This document shows positions 1-14,434 of a stretch of 64,000 nt of DNA, one piece after another. The stretch covers positions 53,940,001 to 54,004,000 of the forward strand of contig NC_043000.1 of NCBI RefSeq assembly GCF_006345805.1. The letters are read 5' to 3'. The stretch is from Octopus sinensis (lineage: Eukaryota). The position numbers were made by a program, and so were the translations under genes. The notes below the pieces were generated by a model that was not told the DNA's origin, did no database searches, and saw only the letters and a list, made by a program, of their open reading frames with translations. The first letter of the stretch is position 1; every line of letters begins with the position of its first letter.

Positions 1-124
1 AGGTTTTCAGGACTAACTATAAAATTTAATATATCTTTCATCGCTATTCCACATATACGTGTGCAAATAGAATAAAGCCATCAACAAATTTTATTAAAAT
101 ACACTGATGAATGGCAACTAAATG

Positions 125-800
125 TACGAGGGAAATTTAAGAACACCTAATTATCAGTATATTACTTCCTTTAACCGAATGAAATGTTTTTCCTTCATTC
201 AGATGCCCTGTGACAGATCAAATACTAACATAAGAAAAAACATTGATCCATTGTTACCGAAGATAATGATTTGAGATTTGCTGTAAATGTTGTAATGTAT
301 ACACCAACTTCGAATTGCATCAGAAGCTTTTCGCAAGAATGTTTCAACTCTATCAAAGATAAAATGATTGGCCACTTTACGGACATCGTATTTCATCCAA
401 AATATTTTCGATGCCGATCCTGGAAAATCAATCAGCGCCATCACCATGGAGATTCAGGCATCGGGGTGGAATATCAGAACTGTGGTGCGCTACGACATTC
501 GGATACACATTTTTTATAAAGGGGATAGCAATTCCTGTCTGAAAATTAAATAAACAGAGGAAAACCATTTGATCCATACCAAGCACTCCCTTAAGTTTAA
601 AAACTTTCAAAGTTACTGAAAAGAAATCATGTCGACATCCTTATGATAGCATCAATGAACGCGGCCATTTTCCAGGTGATTTTTGGGAGTAAATAACTAT
701 CATTTCGTACGGATACGGGTCATTCATTGAAGGAGTCATCGAAAGTCAAGTCGGAATCATGGGACAAGTATGCTGACCGAGAATATGTGCACAATTTTTT
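125..800 (+). mobile_element. Decayed, internally deleted Tc1/mariner (maT/DD37D-like) remnant
   Basis: Frame 368-553 gives FIQNIFDADPGKSISAITMEIQASGWNIRTVVRYDIR (HTH region of Tc1/mariner transposases), then RG*QFLSE; C-terminal-like FIEGVIESQVG near 725-760. Starts with TACGAGGG at ~125, as mariner TIRs do. Many stops and frameshifts. Confidence 0.5.
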
Positions 801-994
801 GTAACAAATATATTTGCTAGATATGCGTTGTTTCATAAAATACCAAACACATCTACAAATACCTATCGCACTGTGAATTGAATAACAACGAAGGTTTCAT
901 TACCTTATTCAATTCACAACCAGCCTGTAGACGTTCACTTCACCCTTCATCATTTCATCTTTCCCTACAGTTTCTCATTATCTTACTAATACTT

Positions 995-1052
995 AAGGTG
1001 GTAAATTGGCAGAATTGTTAGCAGCCTGGGCAAAATGTTGAGCTGTATTTCA
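995..1052 (+). mobile_element. SINE 5' fragment
   Basis: aaggtggtaaattggcagaattgttagcagcctgggcaaaatgttgagctgtatttc resembles the head of an abundant octopus SINE (recalled consensus, not searched). Confidence 0.45.
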
Positions 1053-1067
1053 TCCATGCGTGTAAGC

Positions 1068-1068
<1 letters not shown>

Positions 1069-1142
<74 letters not shown>

Positions 1143-1218
1143 TTATTTATTATATATATATATATGTTTGTATGTAGATATGTATATATATATATATATC
1201 TGTATATCTGTATGTATG

Positions 1219-1286
<68 letters not shown>

Positions 1287-1325
1287 GTATGTATGTATAT
1301 TTGTATGTATGTATATATATATATA
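1069..1325. repeat. Compound (TA)n/(TATG)n microsatellite
   Basis: Directly visible. Confidence 0.95.
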
Positions 1326-1892
1326 CAGAATTAGAGGGAGCAGTATCCGTGTAACGCATTGTTAAAAACAATTCAGATGCTAACTGGGTTTAACCAAATA
1401 TATCGATAGAAAGTTTCTCAATATCAATACAGATGTGTATAAAAAGTCTCATAAAAATAAGAAGTTTAGGAATTATTGACATTTGCTCAGCAGTGAAGTT
1501 TCTCTCTTCGTAATAGTCACACAAGCACTAACACACACACGCGCAAACAAACAAGCATACGTTTATATATATGTTTGCCTAAACATAGTCCTCAAATAAG
1601 TCATATCGTAACTCCAGACTAAAATATACTTAATTTTCCTGACGGGATGTAACAATATATCACTTATTACATCTATAAATGGTACAATTATTGATGAATT
1701 CAAAAATATTGTTAGACTGAAATATATGTAGAATTTCCTTTTGGATTTTTCGTGTTGTTTTGTGTATGCGGTTCCTTTATTCTTGTTCTTATGGGTATAT
1801 CTGTTAATCTTTTAACATTTTAATTTGTATTACTTTTCTAATTGTGATACAAGTAAAATGAACAAAGCATCTGTCTTAATTGATCTTCCCCA

Positions 1893-2045
<153 letters not shown>

Positions 2046-3385
2046 GTGCATTTGTCTTTATTTGAAAGAGAGTAGCGACACTGCTGAACGAATTTCAATA
2101 TTTTCTAGTGCTTCTTTCATCCAATATAAATTATATTAAGGAAGAAACTTAATCCTAGAAGTACTTCTAACTAAGAAGACCGAGTGATTCTATAATACTT
2201 ATAACATATGAACTGCTAAATCTATAAGCTCGTTGTTTTATATATTTTAATACATTGATTTCAGAGGTAAATACGAACTTCAAATTTGTATTAGGTCCAT
2301 TATTTCTCCCAACTTGTTCATTATTTCTCCAAACTATAGTGAAAGCGTAGACATGAAGTCGTAAGTTTAAAATATCTAAATACAGCAACGTAAATTATTC
2401 TACCTTTAATAGATTGCCAAGCCTTCACGCTTTGCAGCGGTCGTAGTATTATATCAATTATATTAACTATAATACATTGTATTATATTCAATATGATTTT
2501 ATATTATGTAATAATATATTTCACAACATTACTCATTCTGTAAGATAGTACATTAAGATCTATGTCTAGATGTGAAGTAGAAACCTGATGTAATTTAAAT
2601 GTTTTCAAATGTTTTCGCACTCATAAAACATTAATAGTTTCTCAAACTCGTCATTAATGGAGTCCTACGTGGATAGGTGAAATCTGTAACAAAGGAACAA
2701 AGTAAAAGGAATGTGTGTATTGAAGCCCTAAATTGCACATATCTCTATTGTTCATTGACATTAACAAAGAACTTGAATGAGAAAAGACACTGAAATTCTA
2801 CCTTAATTCTAGAAATTAGACAAAAAATGTTATCAAACTAGATCTGATCAAAAGAAATATGAAGTTGTAAGAAACTATTATTTCAAACACGTAATGTGAA
2901 CTTATATACAATTACAACATTTGTTATCAGTCAAAGAACTGTTCGAGGCCAAAACTTCTAATTTGCAAAATCGTTAACAGAATGAAGTGAATACTACATT
3001 ACTGGTGTTAACCATGAAGCGAGTGACTTTCGATAAAGTCTTTAATATTGATTTCAATTTGAGAAAGCTTAAGACTAGAGAACAGGAAATACTTGTTCCT
3101 TTGTTACAGATTTTATCAATATTTATCAATACGCGAAAACTGACCATTCTTTATAAAATGTTACTGTATACCACACCAATTATCGTGTATGTTTTCTAAA
3201 ATGTACATTTCTTCTTTTTTTTCAGTCCGTTGTTATATATTTTCCTCCAGCTACGCGACGTGGGATTTTATTGGAAATGGTAGTTTATCTATGTGGCAAC
3301 CCCGATGAATCTCATTAGCGGTCAAAAAACATTGTTTTCCAATTTATTTTTTATGTTTAACAGTGACATTTGACTTTATATCATA

Positions 3386-3768
3386 GAAGCATACCGTCGG
3401 TTACGACGACGAGGGTTCCGGTTGATCCGAATCAACGGAACAGCCTGCTCGTGAAATTAACATGTAAGTGGCTGAGCACTCCACAGACACGTGAACCCTT
3501 AACGTAGTTCTCGGGGATATTCAGCGTGACACAGAGAGTGACAAGGCCGGCCCTTTGAAATACAGGTACAACAGAAACAGGAAGTAAGAGTGAGAGAAAG
3601 TTGTGGTGAAAGAGTACAGCAGGGATCACCACCATCCCCCGCCGGAGCCTCGTGGAGCTTTAGGTGTTTTCGCTCAATAAACACTCACAACGCCCGGTCT
3701 GGGAATTGAAACCGCAATCGTACGACCGCGAGTCCGCTGCCCTAACCACTGGGCCATTGCGCCTCCAC
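3386..3768 (-). mobile_element. Full-length tRNA-derived SINE with 13-bp target-site duplication
   Basis: Minus strand starts gtggaggcgcaatggcccagtggttagggcagcggactc...ggtttcaattcccagacc (tRNA-like A and B boxes). The TSD actttatatcata occurs at 3373-3385 and 3770-3782. Confidence 0.9.
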
Positions 3769-4019
3769 TACTTTATATCATATGTTTGTGTTTAATGATA
3801 AGAAATGTTAAGGGTAAGAAAATTAATGCCCTGACGCAATGTCTGCCAAAAATATCAATAATAAAGTTCGAAAATGCTGCTGTATAACATCTCAAGTCTC
3901 AGAAATCTCTCGGGGATAATGTCAGTTTCAAATCCACCATGTGATATTTTAAGTGACAAGCTGGTTTACTTGCGCATTGCAATGCGAAGATAGATCGCAT
4001 TACAAAAAAAAGATAAAAA

Positions 4020-4400
4020 TACAAAATGAGAGTAGTTGGATTGAGATCGATTATCTCAGATCTTTATTTTTATAAAGTAAACGAAGCACCAAAGCCAGGC
4101 ATTCTGAAAAACATTTTATTTGCTACAAAATAAACTTCTAATAAAAGTGAGGTCTTGAGACTAGATACTTTATACAGAAAAAAATAGTCCTCAAAACAGC
4201 AGTAACTGTAATATATCTTCGCATCCGAGAGCTGGAGACAATGCAAAATAGAGTATCGACAGAAATTTTGATAATGTATCAACGTCTATATCCAAAGTAA
4301 ATGGACTTGAAAAGGTACCCGTCATAGAATTAAATCTATCACATGAAACCTTATGTGATTGCCGTTTGTGACTCTCTACACATCAGCAAAGTACTTTACA
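4020..4400 (+). mobile_element. Highly decayed RTE-like LINE 3' fragment
   Basis: Translation includes VLRLDTLY...YIFASESW...SKWT, resembling the post-RT LLYxSEsW region of RTE elements; many stops. Confidence 0.3.
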
Positions 4401-4795
4401 AAGAATGCCTTCGTTGATAACCTAAACCAACTTGATATAGATTTCTCTTCAAATTCCTCAAAGCAAAAAGACAACATATAATATATTGATATTGTGACAC
4501 ACATATATTCATATGTAACTCATATAATCTATCTCCCAAATATCATGGATATATATATATAATATGATATAATATAATATAAATATATGCATATGTACAT
4601 ACCTACATATATATGTATATATACATGCATATATGTGTACAGGACATAAAACAAAAAAGTGGAGACAATGTCTGACGAAAACATAACAACAAAACCATAG
4701 AAAATGCACAACGAAAAAAACAGAGAGCCGAGTCATGCAACATAAAAATATTCCCTACGTCAGTTGTCCCTGTTTCCTCTACTCTGCGATATATA

Positions 4796-4843
<48 letters not shown>

Positions 4844-5879
4844 TATATATAATTATATATGTATATTTGTGGCTTAGGAAAATATGACTGATGAAGAAAT
4901 GTTAAATCGCTTCCTACTTGTATATATTTGTATATATGTATATACATATATGCATTTATAACACACTCACACACAAATATACATTATTGTGTGGGATATG
5001 CATGTATGCGTGAGGTTGTGTGCGCGTGTGTGCATGAGTGTGTGTGTATGCGTGTACTAAGCAAGAATTGAAGGTAGTTCCTATATGGTTGTGGCTCAAG
5101 AAAAAAACTTGACTTATGAAGAAATACTAAATTAATTCCTACTTGTATAGAAAAATATTTGCTAAAAACTTGAATACCAAATTTCCCCACCAGGGAAAGT
5201 AACTGAATATTTATTTCTTGTATGTTAACAGATACTGATAAAACGAACAATAAGCCCGGTTAGAAAAGGGTGTGCTGGAGAAGTGTTCTCAAAAAAGTCA
5301 ATGTTGAACCGTTTAGTAAGTTAATAGATTTATATCCAAATACAAAAGGCTCTCCTCAGACATTAGCCAATATTAAATTTGAACAGATAATGAGAAAAGG
5401 AAAAGTATGAGTTTAGGAATATTTTATAGAATCAAAATTATTTGTAAGTCTCAAGAGAGAAACCAACTTCTTCAGTCAAGACCTGTAACTTCATGAAAAA
5501 CTAATATTGAATTTTTATACTCCAATGGGAAAACATTGTTTGGCGTATCTAGAAAATACAGGTAAAATTATATGTCGGTTAGTTATCAGATAAATTGTCA
5601 ATAGTTACAAGGCTAAAATAATACGGTTGGAAATAGAATATATCAGACGCAGGAATTGAAGGCAATCCGTATAGTAGATTTATCACTAGTTGAGAGTAAA
5701 AAGAACCCAAGCAATATACAACTGATAGCGTTTGAGCGCTGTATTTTGACACCTCCGCCAAAAATATCTATTCTATATGTTAAAGTTTAACAGCATTTAA
5801 TAGAACGAAATATAAGATGATGATGACGATGATGATGACGACGATGACGATGACGATGATGGTGAGCAACATATTTCGA

Positions 5880-8150
5880 AGCTAAGGGTTTCATGTAATA
5901 GGAGTGGAGAAGCTGCACTCCATTGTTCACAGTCTCTGTCTAAAAATCAAAATAGATACCCGACAGCTTCTCTTCATTAAGACATGCATCTCCTCCAAGC
6001 TGTATACGAAATCTGTCAATTCGACTGTCAAGTGGCTAAGACTAACAAGCAGGAAAACTAAAACACACGATGTTACAAAACATCAAAAAGAAAATATACA
6101 GAGAAATCAACCAGTACCAGAAACGGAAGAGAGTCCTGCTGCATGAACTAAAAAAACCCCGCTACACCACACGAAAGAAACAGATTTATGACAAACATCC
6201 AACAAGAATACCGCCAAGTAAATCATACCTGTAACAAACACGTTAACAATAAGCTCAAGTGGATGAAACAGCAACAACAATTACACTTCTGGAACATACT
6301 GTGCAGTACAGCTAGATACAGAAGAAATACGTGCTTTATACTTACCACCAAAGTTCGCTACATATAAAAGGCAAGAAAAATTGATTGTCTATGCGAAGTT
6401 AAAAAAACGTTCTTAAAATTAAGATGGATGCTAGGGCAATACGACAACAACAACAACAATAACAATAGCGATGTTGATGACAAAAAAATTAATCGTAATA
6501 ATAAAAACAACAACACAAGCATAAGAAACCGAAACAAGTATCATTATGACAACAATAACGATGAAAATAACAATAGCAACAATGAAAACAACATCCCACA
6601 CAGACACAATAATACCAACCACATCATCCACACCACCCACATCAACACCGAGACCACCCACAAGAATAACAGAAACAACAATGGGTACAACACAAGCAAT
6701 ACCACGATGACGACCACCACCACCACCACTACATCACCAATAACAACAACTATTCCAGCAACTATAACAACAACCACCACGATTATAGCACTCTACACTG
6801 TTTTCTATGACCCTAAAAACAAATCTCATGACATGACGAGTATCTACTCCACAGACTTACCCTTCAACAAAAGTATATATATCCCACCCCAAATTGACAG
6901 TGAAACAGGCGCAAAGATCTCCTTAGCTAGAAATAGACCCCGACACATCTTAGAGCGGTACAACAAATCCAGTAGCATAAGAGAAGTTCCACCACATGAA
7001 CATGAAAGAGTGGAAAAACTCATCACAGCACACATGGCAATGTGGTGCAACATACTCCAACCTAAGAAACGGATTGTACATAATTTCTAAGCTTCCAGTA
7101 ATGATGTTCCTACACTATCCGTGTTACGCAAATACCATAAACCCTACATAAACCCTGTCATGGGAACACCAACCGACCAGTTTGCGGAGCGATTATCTCC
7201 ACCAATTATAGACTGTCCTACTTCCTCTCACAGGTATTACGACCTCTAATAGAAATGTCCCCAGATGTCTGTGTGAACAGGATGATCTTCTCAGTAAAAT
7301 CAGTACTTGCAAACATAGGTTTTGCAGTGGGTAGTATGGATGTTATTTCACTCTACCCATCTGTAGACATAGATTTTGCTGCGAAGAAATGCATTGAGAT
7401 AATGTGTGTGAGTGAAGAAGTGAAGTCAAGACGAAGGTGATGGGACTCCTCCTTAGACTAAGCTACGACAGTGACTATTCTGATGACCATGATCTCAGTA
7501 GATTCTGCACCACTAGGTAATAGAGGGGAAGACCACCCATCATCAACTCAGCAGTGAAGAAAAGCGCTGTAGAGCGCTGAAGTGGGTGGACCGTACCCAC
7601 CCAAGACCACGAGAACAACAATCATGTGAAAGGAATGATTGCACATGAAATAGGGGCTAGCGTAAGAACTACCTTGAAGAACCACACAGTGAAGTTGAAT
7701 AAGAAACTATACATGCAGTTTCAAGGTGCAGCTATTGGTGTCGGTATTGCTGGAAATGTGGCTGGCCTCTTGTTGACTTGGTGAGACAGAAAACTTAAGC
7801 ATTCCTATGCAGAACAGTCCACAGCTCTTCTACTTTACATTAGGTATGTAGATGACATTAATATCCTAGTTAAGACCAATTCTAGTAACGGTAATGTAGA
7901 AACTGAGAGGGACATAATAGAGAACATGCATAGAGTAGCTAACACCATCCACCAAAGTATCAAGGTAACAATAGATTACCCCACTAGGAACCCCAACAAT
8001 AGACTCCCCGTCCATGATACTGGACTTGGGTTAGAGACTGTAATCAGAAGAGTGCAGCTCGCCCTCTCCCGTTACATGAAACCCACAGTTTCGAAATATG
8101 TGAGTGTGAGTGTGTTAAGTTATAAGGCACTAAAAGAGAACGACTCGCCC
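5880..8150 (+). mobile_element. Decayed Penelope-like retroelement (N-terminal region plus RT, no endonuclease seen)
   Basis: RT motifs VGSMDVISLYPSVD (7325-7365), QGAAIGVGIAG (~7720-7755), YIRYVDD (~7840-7860) and DYPTRNPNNRLP (~7975-8010); N-terminal LLFIKTCISSKL and LKLRW...YDPKNK; several stops and frameshifts. Confidence 0.75.
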
Positions 8151-8162
8151 TAGACACAGCAG

Positions 8163-8173
8163 TATATATATGC

Positions 8174-8237
<64 letters not shown>

Positions 8238-8295
8238 ATTTATGTATGTATGTATTTATATATATATATATATACACACACATACACACACACAT

Positions 8296-8331
<36 letters not shown>

Positions 8332-8345
8332 GTATCTATGTATGT
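8163..8345. repeat. Compound (TA)n/(CA)n microsatellite
   Basis: Directly visible. Confidence 0.95.
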
Positions 8346-9319
8346 ATATAGTGAGCAGTATAGAGTTGCGCATGTACCATTGATTTGATTTTCACGATAT
8401 ATCATTGTATGGACACAGACGACTTGATATAAACACAATATTTTATTGTTGAGCGTTCATAGCAGAGAGTAGGGTTGCATTGATGTTTCAGCGTATGTCA
8501 TTTATGAGATTTTTTCCAAGAAAAGTTGGAAAAGCTAAAAGTAAATGCATCGAAAGGAGACTTAGCGCGTGTATTTTATTTTTAACGTGCAAGTATGAAA
8601 TGGTGTTTGCAGCAGTAATTGTCTCCGTAATGATGAATTGCTAATAGATCTGCTTATAACCAACGCCAGTTGCTTAATAGCTTAAGATAGCTGCATTTGC
8701 ATGTGGTTGTCATCAGTGCAGCAAGTTGCTCCGGAGGTGAGTATCAGTGGTACCCTTAGATCACTATGAATAACTCGTACCTTTTAATCGCCTCACATCA
8801 AATTACGTACAGCCGTCCTCCTTGAACACAAAGACTGCCACAATGCAAATAGCATTCAACTCGGTATTTGCCGACTCGATGTCGCTCACAGCCTAAGTAT
8901 CCAGAGTAACCAGAGTTCTTTAGGCGTCAAGGAAATAATAGCGATTATCCAGCACATAAGTGCATGTTAGCGATTGGAAAGACTGAGGATATTTGAGTCT
9001 AAAGTCCATTCAAATCGGTTAAAGCATTTCCCACATTTGATTATCCAGATTTTTATCTAGTAATTGTCAGAACAGATTCTGGGTATAGAAGGCTTCATGT
9101 AAACGCAATACGGCAAGTAATAGTAGGTTGATGCCGCGAGAAAGGCTTTATAGAATTGCCACAAGTTTGGCCAGTTACTCATGTAGACTAAAAAGTTATG
9201 CTCTGTATGGACGATCTAAATTGGGAATTTAACTATCTGAACAATTTGCTCTTTTCACAACCTTGTTCCTATATGATACCCTTGGGTTAAATTTCGGATT
9301 CTCTACTCCCATTCTTCAC

Positions 9320-9590
9320 ATTCGACCTCGATGAAATTTGCTTCCCGTCGTTTCGGAATCGATAAAACAAAGTACTTGTCGAGTACTGGGATCGATGAAT
9401 TGGACTAATCTCTGCTTCCCAAAACTCTGAGACTTGCGCCAGAGGAAAAGTTTTCATAGCGACATTTCGTCTGTCTTTACGTTCTAAGATCAAATGCAAC
9501 CGAGATCGACTTTGCCTTTCATCCTCTGGGGGTTCGATGAAATAAGTTCCATTTGAGCACTGGGGTTGATGTAATCGACTGTCCTCTCCT
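9320..9590 (+). mobile_element. SINE 3' fragments (two partial, diverged copies)
   Basis: gagatcgactttgcctttcatcctctggggttcgatgaaataagttccatttgagcactggggttgatgtaatcgact at ~9502-9580; weaker similar copy at ~9330-9410. Confidence 0.55.
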
Positions 9591-9627
9591 TATAATTTCA
9601 AGACTTGTACCTGTAGAAGAAAAAGTA

Positions 9628-9706
9628 TCACCACCACCACCACCACCACCACCACCACCACCACTACCACCACCACTACCACCACCACTACCACCACAAC
9701 CACCAC

Positions 9707-9745
<39 letters not shown>
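9628..9745. repeat. (CCA)n followed by (TCA)n microsatellite
   Basis: Directly visible. Confidence 0.95.
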
Positions 9746-12449
9746 TATACAGTAGTGTTATGCTTTGTCTTGGTTAGTTATGTTTTGTTGCTTTTATACC
9801 TTTTTTTTTTGCTACAGAAGGGGCGTGTTCTGTATTCTTCGCTTTAGTATTTTTCGTCGTGTTTCTTGATTCAATTTTTTAAAAAAATAGATGTTTGTCT
9901 TCATGTTTAATATCTTAATTATTTTAACTTCTAATCGAATTGAGGGTTTACTTTCCTGCCAGGTTTGTTAGTCATTTACCTCGTAGTACCCGAGGGGGCT
10001 TATATTGGCTGTAAACAATTACTTTATAAAGTTTAAGTACTCATTCCTAACAGCAGGGGGTATATATACATACGTATTCAATGAATACATACATCCATAA
10101 TATATTCTGTGTAGCCAATCTACTATAAGGCTTGCTCTTGATACGTGATTAAAATGCTACGTTTTAAAATTTGTTGCGTGCTTTCTGGGAGAAGTTATGA
10201 GCCAGAGGCTATTTTGCGGAAAGTTACAAAATTTGAAATCTGTTTACAAGAGACTGTACTATTCTTTGAGCGAACTGTTGTATTTGAAGATATAAAGCTT
10301 TAACTATTCAGTTGATGGATCGTGTGCCATGTGTTATTTGCACACAGATATCACGCAGAAACAAAGTCATATACTATTCCGAAATATATATCTATTATAG
10401 TTTTAAGTGTTTAACCTGATGGGATATCGTTTCGGCTGTTTACAGTTAGACATTGTAAATATGTATAACATATATTAGATTTGGAATCAGCCACTCTACA
10501 ATGAAAATTCAACTGAACCATAGAATTGGGCTAGTATTTATATTGTTGACCCTAGGCACGTAGAAAGTCCAAGTATATTACAGAAAGTTTTGAACCTTAA
10601 ATATAAAGGAAATAATTCAATGCTAGGTCAATTATTCTGGCGTTCTGTTTTCAAACTTATTACATTACATCATTAATTATATTTACAAAATATAGTTTCA
10701 TTCTGTATTCTACATTCCTCAAAATTTACTTATCTTAACTTCCATTCAAAAAGATATTAGTGAGCTTAAATACGTAGCAGAAGACACTTAAGTTGCTGCA
10801 CAGAAGTATGAAATCCAGAACTGCTTGATTGCAAAATGAGATTCTTAAACATTTGGCTAGTGGTACTATTATTTGTTACGTATTCTAATTTAAGCGGAAA
10901 ATGACGTTTGTATACTTAAAATTAAAACAAAAACAGTGGTTAAACAAAATTTCTTTTATGTTTGGTTTAAATCCATTTGGACCATGTGTGTTTCTTCTAA
11001 AATAAATTAACTTCTATCCATCAAGCTATTATTGGTTCCAGTAGTCTCATATAACATTTAATTTATTGTATGAGATCTAAATTTTGGCAAAATTTGCAAG
11101 CAAATATTTATTCTTATTGATTGTGATAAAGACCATCCTTATTAAGAGATGAAAATTATAAAACTAATAGTTTATGAAAGTGAAAGTTTTTGTATAAATT
11201 TTGTTTAAATTGCTCCTTGCTTCCAATATAAAATGACGTTCTAGAGAAGCAGATGATATGACAATGCAGACATTGAGAGAGGAAAAGAGAGTTATTTTAT
11301 GGTTCACTCCTGTATTTAGTTTTAACTAACAAAAGACTCTGGTTTAGACGTTGGCATATATTACGCGTAAAGTTGTCATTGTGTTCGTTCAATCATTAAT
11401 TCGTTGCACTTCTGCTGCACAAGATTAGCGAGAAAAAGTAAGGAAGGAAGAATTTGCAATGCCATACGATGGTCAACTGTATTTTGTATAGCAGTCTTCT
11501 TATCTACAGAGGTCAATATTCTCACATCAGAATGAAATGAAGTATATTTTTAAAAATTGAGCTTGTAAAGTGAATATCTAGGAATAGCGCAAAGAATAAG
11601 ATCATCAAGGCAAAGAGATCATACCAAATCCGAACTTTCTTTGGTATGTACGGCCAAAGATTGTGAAGTAAGAAAACAGGATATTCCTTCACGTTTGACG
11701 GGAAGCATGTCTTCTGTGCATTTGGGAGTACTTAGCAGATCACTGTTGTAGATGTGTGCGCATGTAAGATTGGTTGCTTATTGAAAATAATTATGACTCC
11801 TATGGAATTATTGGACTCAGATTTGCAGTTTACTATATAAGTTGGTTGTGCCATACTTGTTTAATTCATTATGTCTCTTGGTATTTGTACATGAATTGTA
11901 CTTCGACTTGCAAGTTGCCAGGGTATTTCATTCATAATAGTACCAACAAAAAAAGACCCAGTATATTCAATGAAATATTTGCTATTAGGAAGAATATCCG
12001 GCATTAGAGAAGGTGGCGAAATAGACACCGGAGCACATCACATACCTCCGACACGTAGAATCATGTCGAACAGTTCAACCCACGCAAGAATCTGATACAA
12101 ATTTCCTATGATTACATATATGCATATATCAATATGTATATGAATGCGTGTGATCTCTTGAAAAGAGTCACATATCAGAAAAGTGACATAACATGCGTTA
12201 AGCTATTATTACATCCGCAAAGAGGAAGCTACTGCATTTATTATTATTATTTTGTTGCTTTTATGTTTATGTGTCAATCCCAAGTTAGGGTCCTGTGGAT
12301 TTGTATTTTGTTTGATAAAAAGACTTACACACATATGTTTAAATAAGGGCTAAAGAATATCATCTACAAATACTTAAATCCTTTTTTTTAAAAACGGATG
12401 TACAATTGAATAATACATAAACATAGAATAGCTTTAAAAACATTTATTT

Positions 12450-13030
12450 TTAACAGTCATTAACTTCATCTTCATTACGATGCCTGTTCCATGAATCAAA
12501 ATGAAAATTGTGAGCAATTCCTCTGATATATTCATTTAAAGAGACAGCACCCTCTCTACTTAAAATTGTTGTAAGCCTATTTTCTCTTTGAATTTGTTCT
12601 CTCTTCTTTTTCCTTGAATTAATCCCTGAATTAAACGCTGTGCCTCTTTATCTCTTTGATGATCTTCTTTTATGAACTCCCTAATCATCTAGTATACTCC
12701 CATATGGTATCCTGTGCCAAGCCTCTACACCATTGTTCGTTTTGGGGAGATTGTATGCTACAGAGTCAATTGAGCTATTTATTTTAACGGTTACGGTTAA
12801 GTGACGGTTAAGTCAATAATTGTATACATAATATTACAGAACCATGAGGTCAATTGCCATTGAAACGTTTTAAAATGTGAACCCTTCCCGAATAGGAAAA
12901 CTACTTAAACAACAGTAAATGTGGTTTTTTTTTTCAGATTTGTCACTCTTTTGTCATCTCACTCTTTTGAATATTTATTTTGGCTTGTCACTCTTTTGCT
13001 TTGTCACGCTTTCGAAATACCACTCTTTCA
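12450..13030 (-). mobile_element. MULE/Mutator-like transposase C-terminal remnant with subterminal repeats
   Basis: Minus strand reads AYNLPKTNNGVEAWHR (~12710-12757) and NEYIRGIAHN (~12510-12540), matching the PxTNNxxExWH...YLRGIAH tail of invertebrate MULE transposases. Repeated tcactcttttg motif at 12940-13030. Confidence 0.55.
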
Positions 13031-13606
13031 GTAAAAATCTGAATACCTATATTTGGCTTGGGTAATCAAATAAAATTGGAGATGGCAGCAATTATTTATG
13101 AAAGAATTATGTACGAGTCAAAATTATGAATTATTAGTTAATGGTAACTGATAGACGACAATGATAATCATAAAACCCGATAACAAATACGTGCACGCAC
13201 ATGTATAAACATTGACACTGACATAATAAGAATTTATAAACTTTTGTGAGAACGCGAAATAATTCGTTTTTCGGAATTGAATGCAGAAGACCATAGCTGC
13301 AGCTAATAATATCATGTAAATATTGGGTTGACAAAATCTTTGGCTAGAAAGTATCGAAGGCCTACAGGAGGGGTGGGTTCGTACCCTACGGGTAGCATTT
13401 GACTTTATCTAAATGTGTTTTTTAGCCCAATATATACATACAAATGATATAATTTATAGCATTTATGAGCTTCAAGATCCAATTCCGGTAACAAAAACAA
13501 TTATCTCAAGCCGTCTCGAAAGTTTATAAGCATTTTAATCAATATTAATATCTATACATGTGTGTGCAACTATTTGTTACAATACAAGCACGGAAAACAG
13601 ACATAT

Positions 13607-14131
13607 AGGGTCACCAACTTCTCATCGGTTATCGGTCGGAAGGTCGAACGCAATTTCGCACCTTTAACGATAATATTGGTCAACCTCTGGTGGTACCGAC
13701 CAAGAAGCTGCCGTATATGACGGAAAACGTAACATGACGGGAACGACCAAACAATAAATGGATAAACGTTTCATGCAATAGTGGAACTACGAACATGAAT
13801 ACATGTGATTGAAGACGACATCATTAGTGAAGGGACGAGGGACAAAGACGAAATAAATAAACAGAATACACCTTATGGTTAGACAGAGGTGAAAGTATGG
13901 GTAACGCCGAGAGGAGAATCCTAAAGAATTGGAAACAGAAGGACAACAGGCAGCGAAACAGTTTGAAATGGAAACCAGAGCAAAATACAACCGGTTGCTT
14001 CAGCAGTCAGCGTTGAAAAGAAAGGAGAAAGAGAAAAAGAAAAATAAAGCCAATGACCAGAGGTCACACGTCAGTAGCAGGAAGTAGAAAAGTAGCAGCG
14101 TGCAGCGAAGTGAGGAAAGAGGAGAAAGAGA

Positions 14132-14165
<34 letters not shown>

Positions 14166-14434
14166 GAGACACAGAGAAAAAAAGGAGAAAGAAGACTGAA
14201 GGGTGATAGAAATAGAAGTCGTACGAATGTATAAGTACATGCTGTGAAAAAAATCGAGGGTACATAGCTTTCCATTAAATAACAAGTTAAAAAACATATA
14301 ATAAATGCACAAACGAAAGGAAAATAGAAGGTTGCCAACTCCTCGTCATTTATCGGCCAGCGGGTTGAACGTAATTTCGCACCTTTATCGATAATATTGA
14401 TTCCTTTCTGGTGTAGCCGGCACAAGAAGCTGCC
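13607..14434. repeat. ~830-bp unit bounded by ~107-bp diverged direct repeats
   Basis: 13607-13712 and 14328-14434 share blocks such as aatttcgcaccttta.cgataatattg and caagaagctgcc. Confidence 0.75.

Noticed and set aside
3690-3768. tRNA gene (also 47790-47865 and 60070-60142)
   Set aside because: A- and B-box-like sequences continue into SINE bodies with TSDs; no clean cloverleaf and terminator.
7782-7784. Selenocysteine readthrough at the in-frame TGA in the PLE RT
   Set aside because: The context (TW*DRK) fits a TGG-to-TGA Trp mutation, the copy has many other lesions, and no SECIS was recognised.
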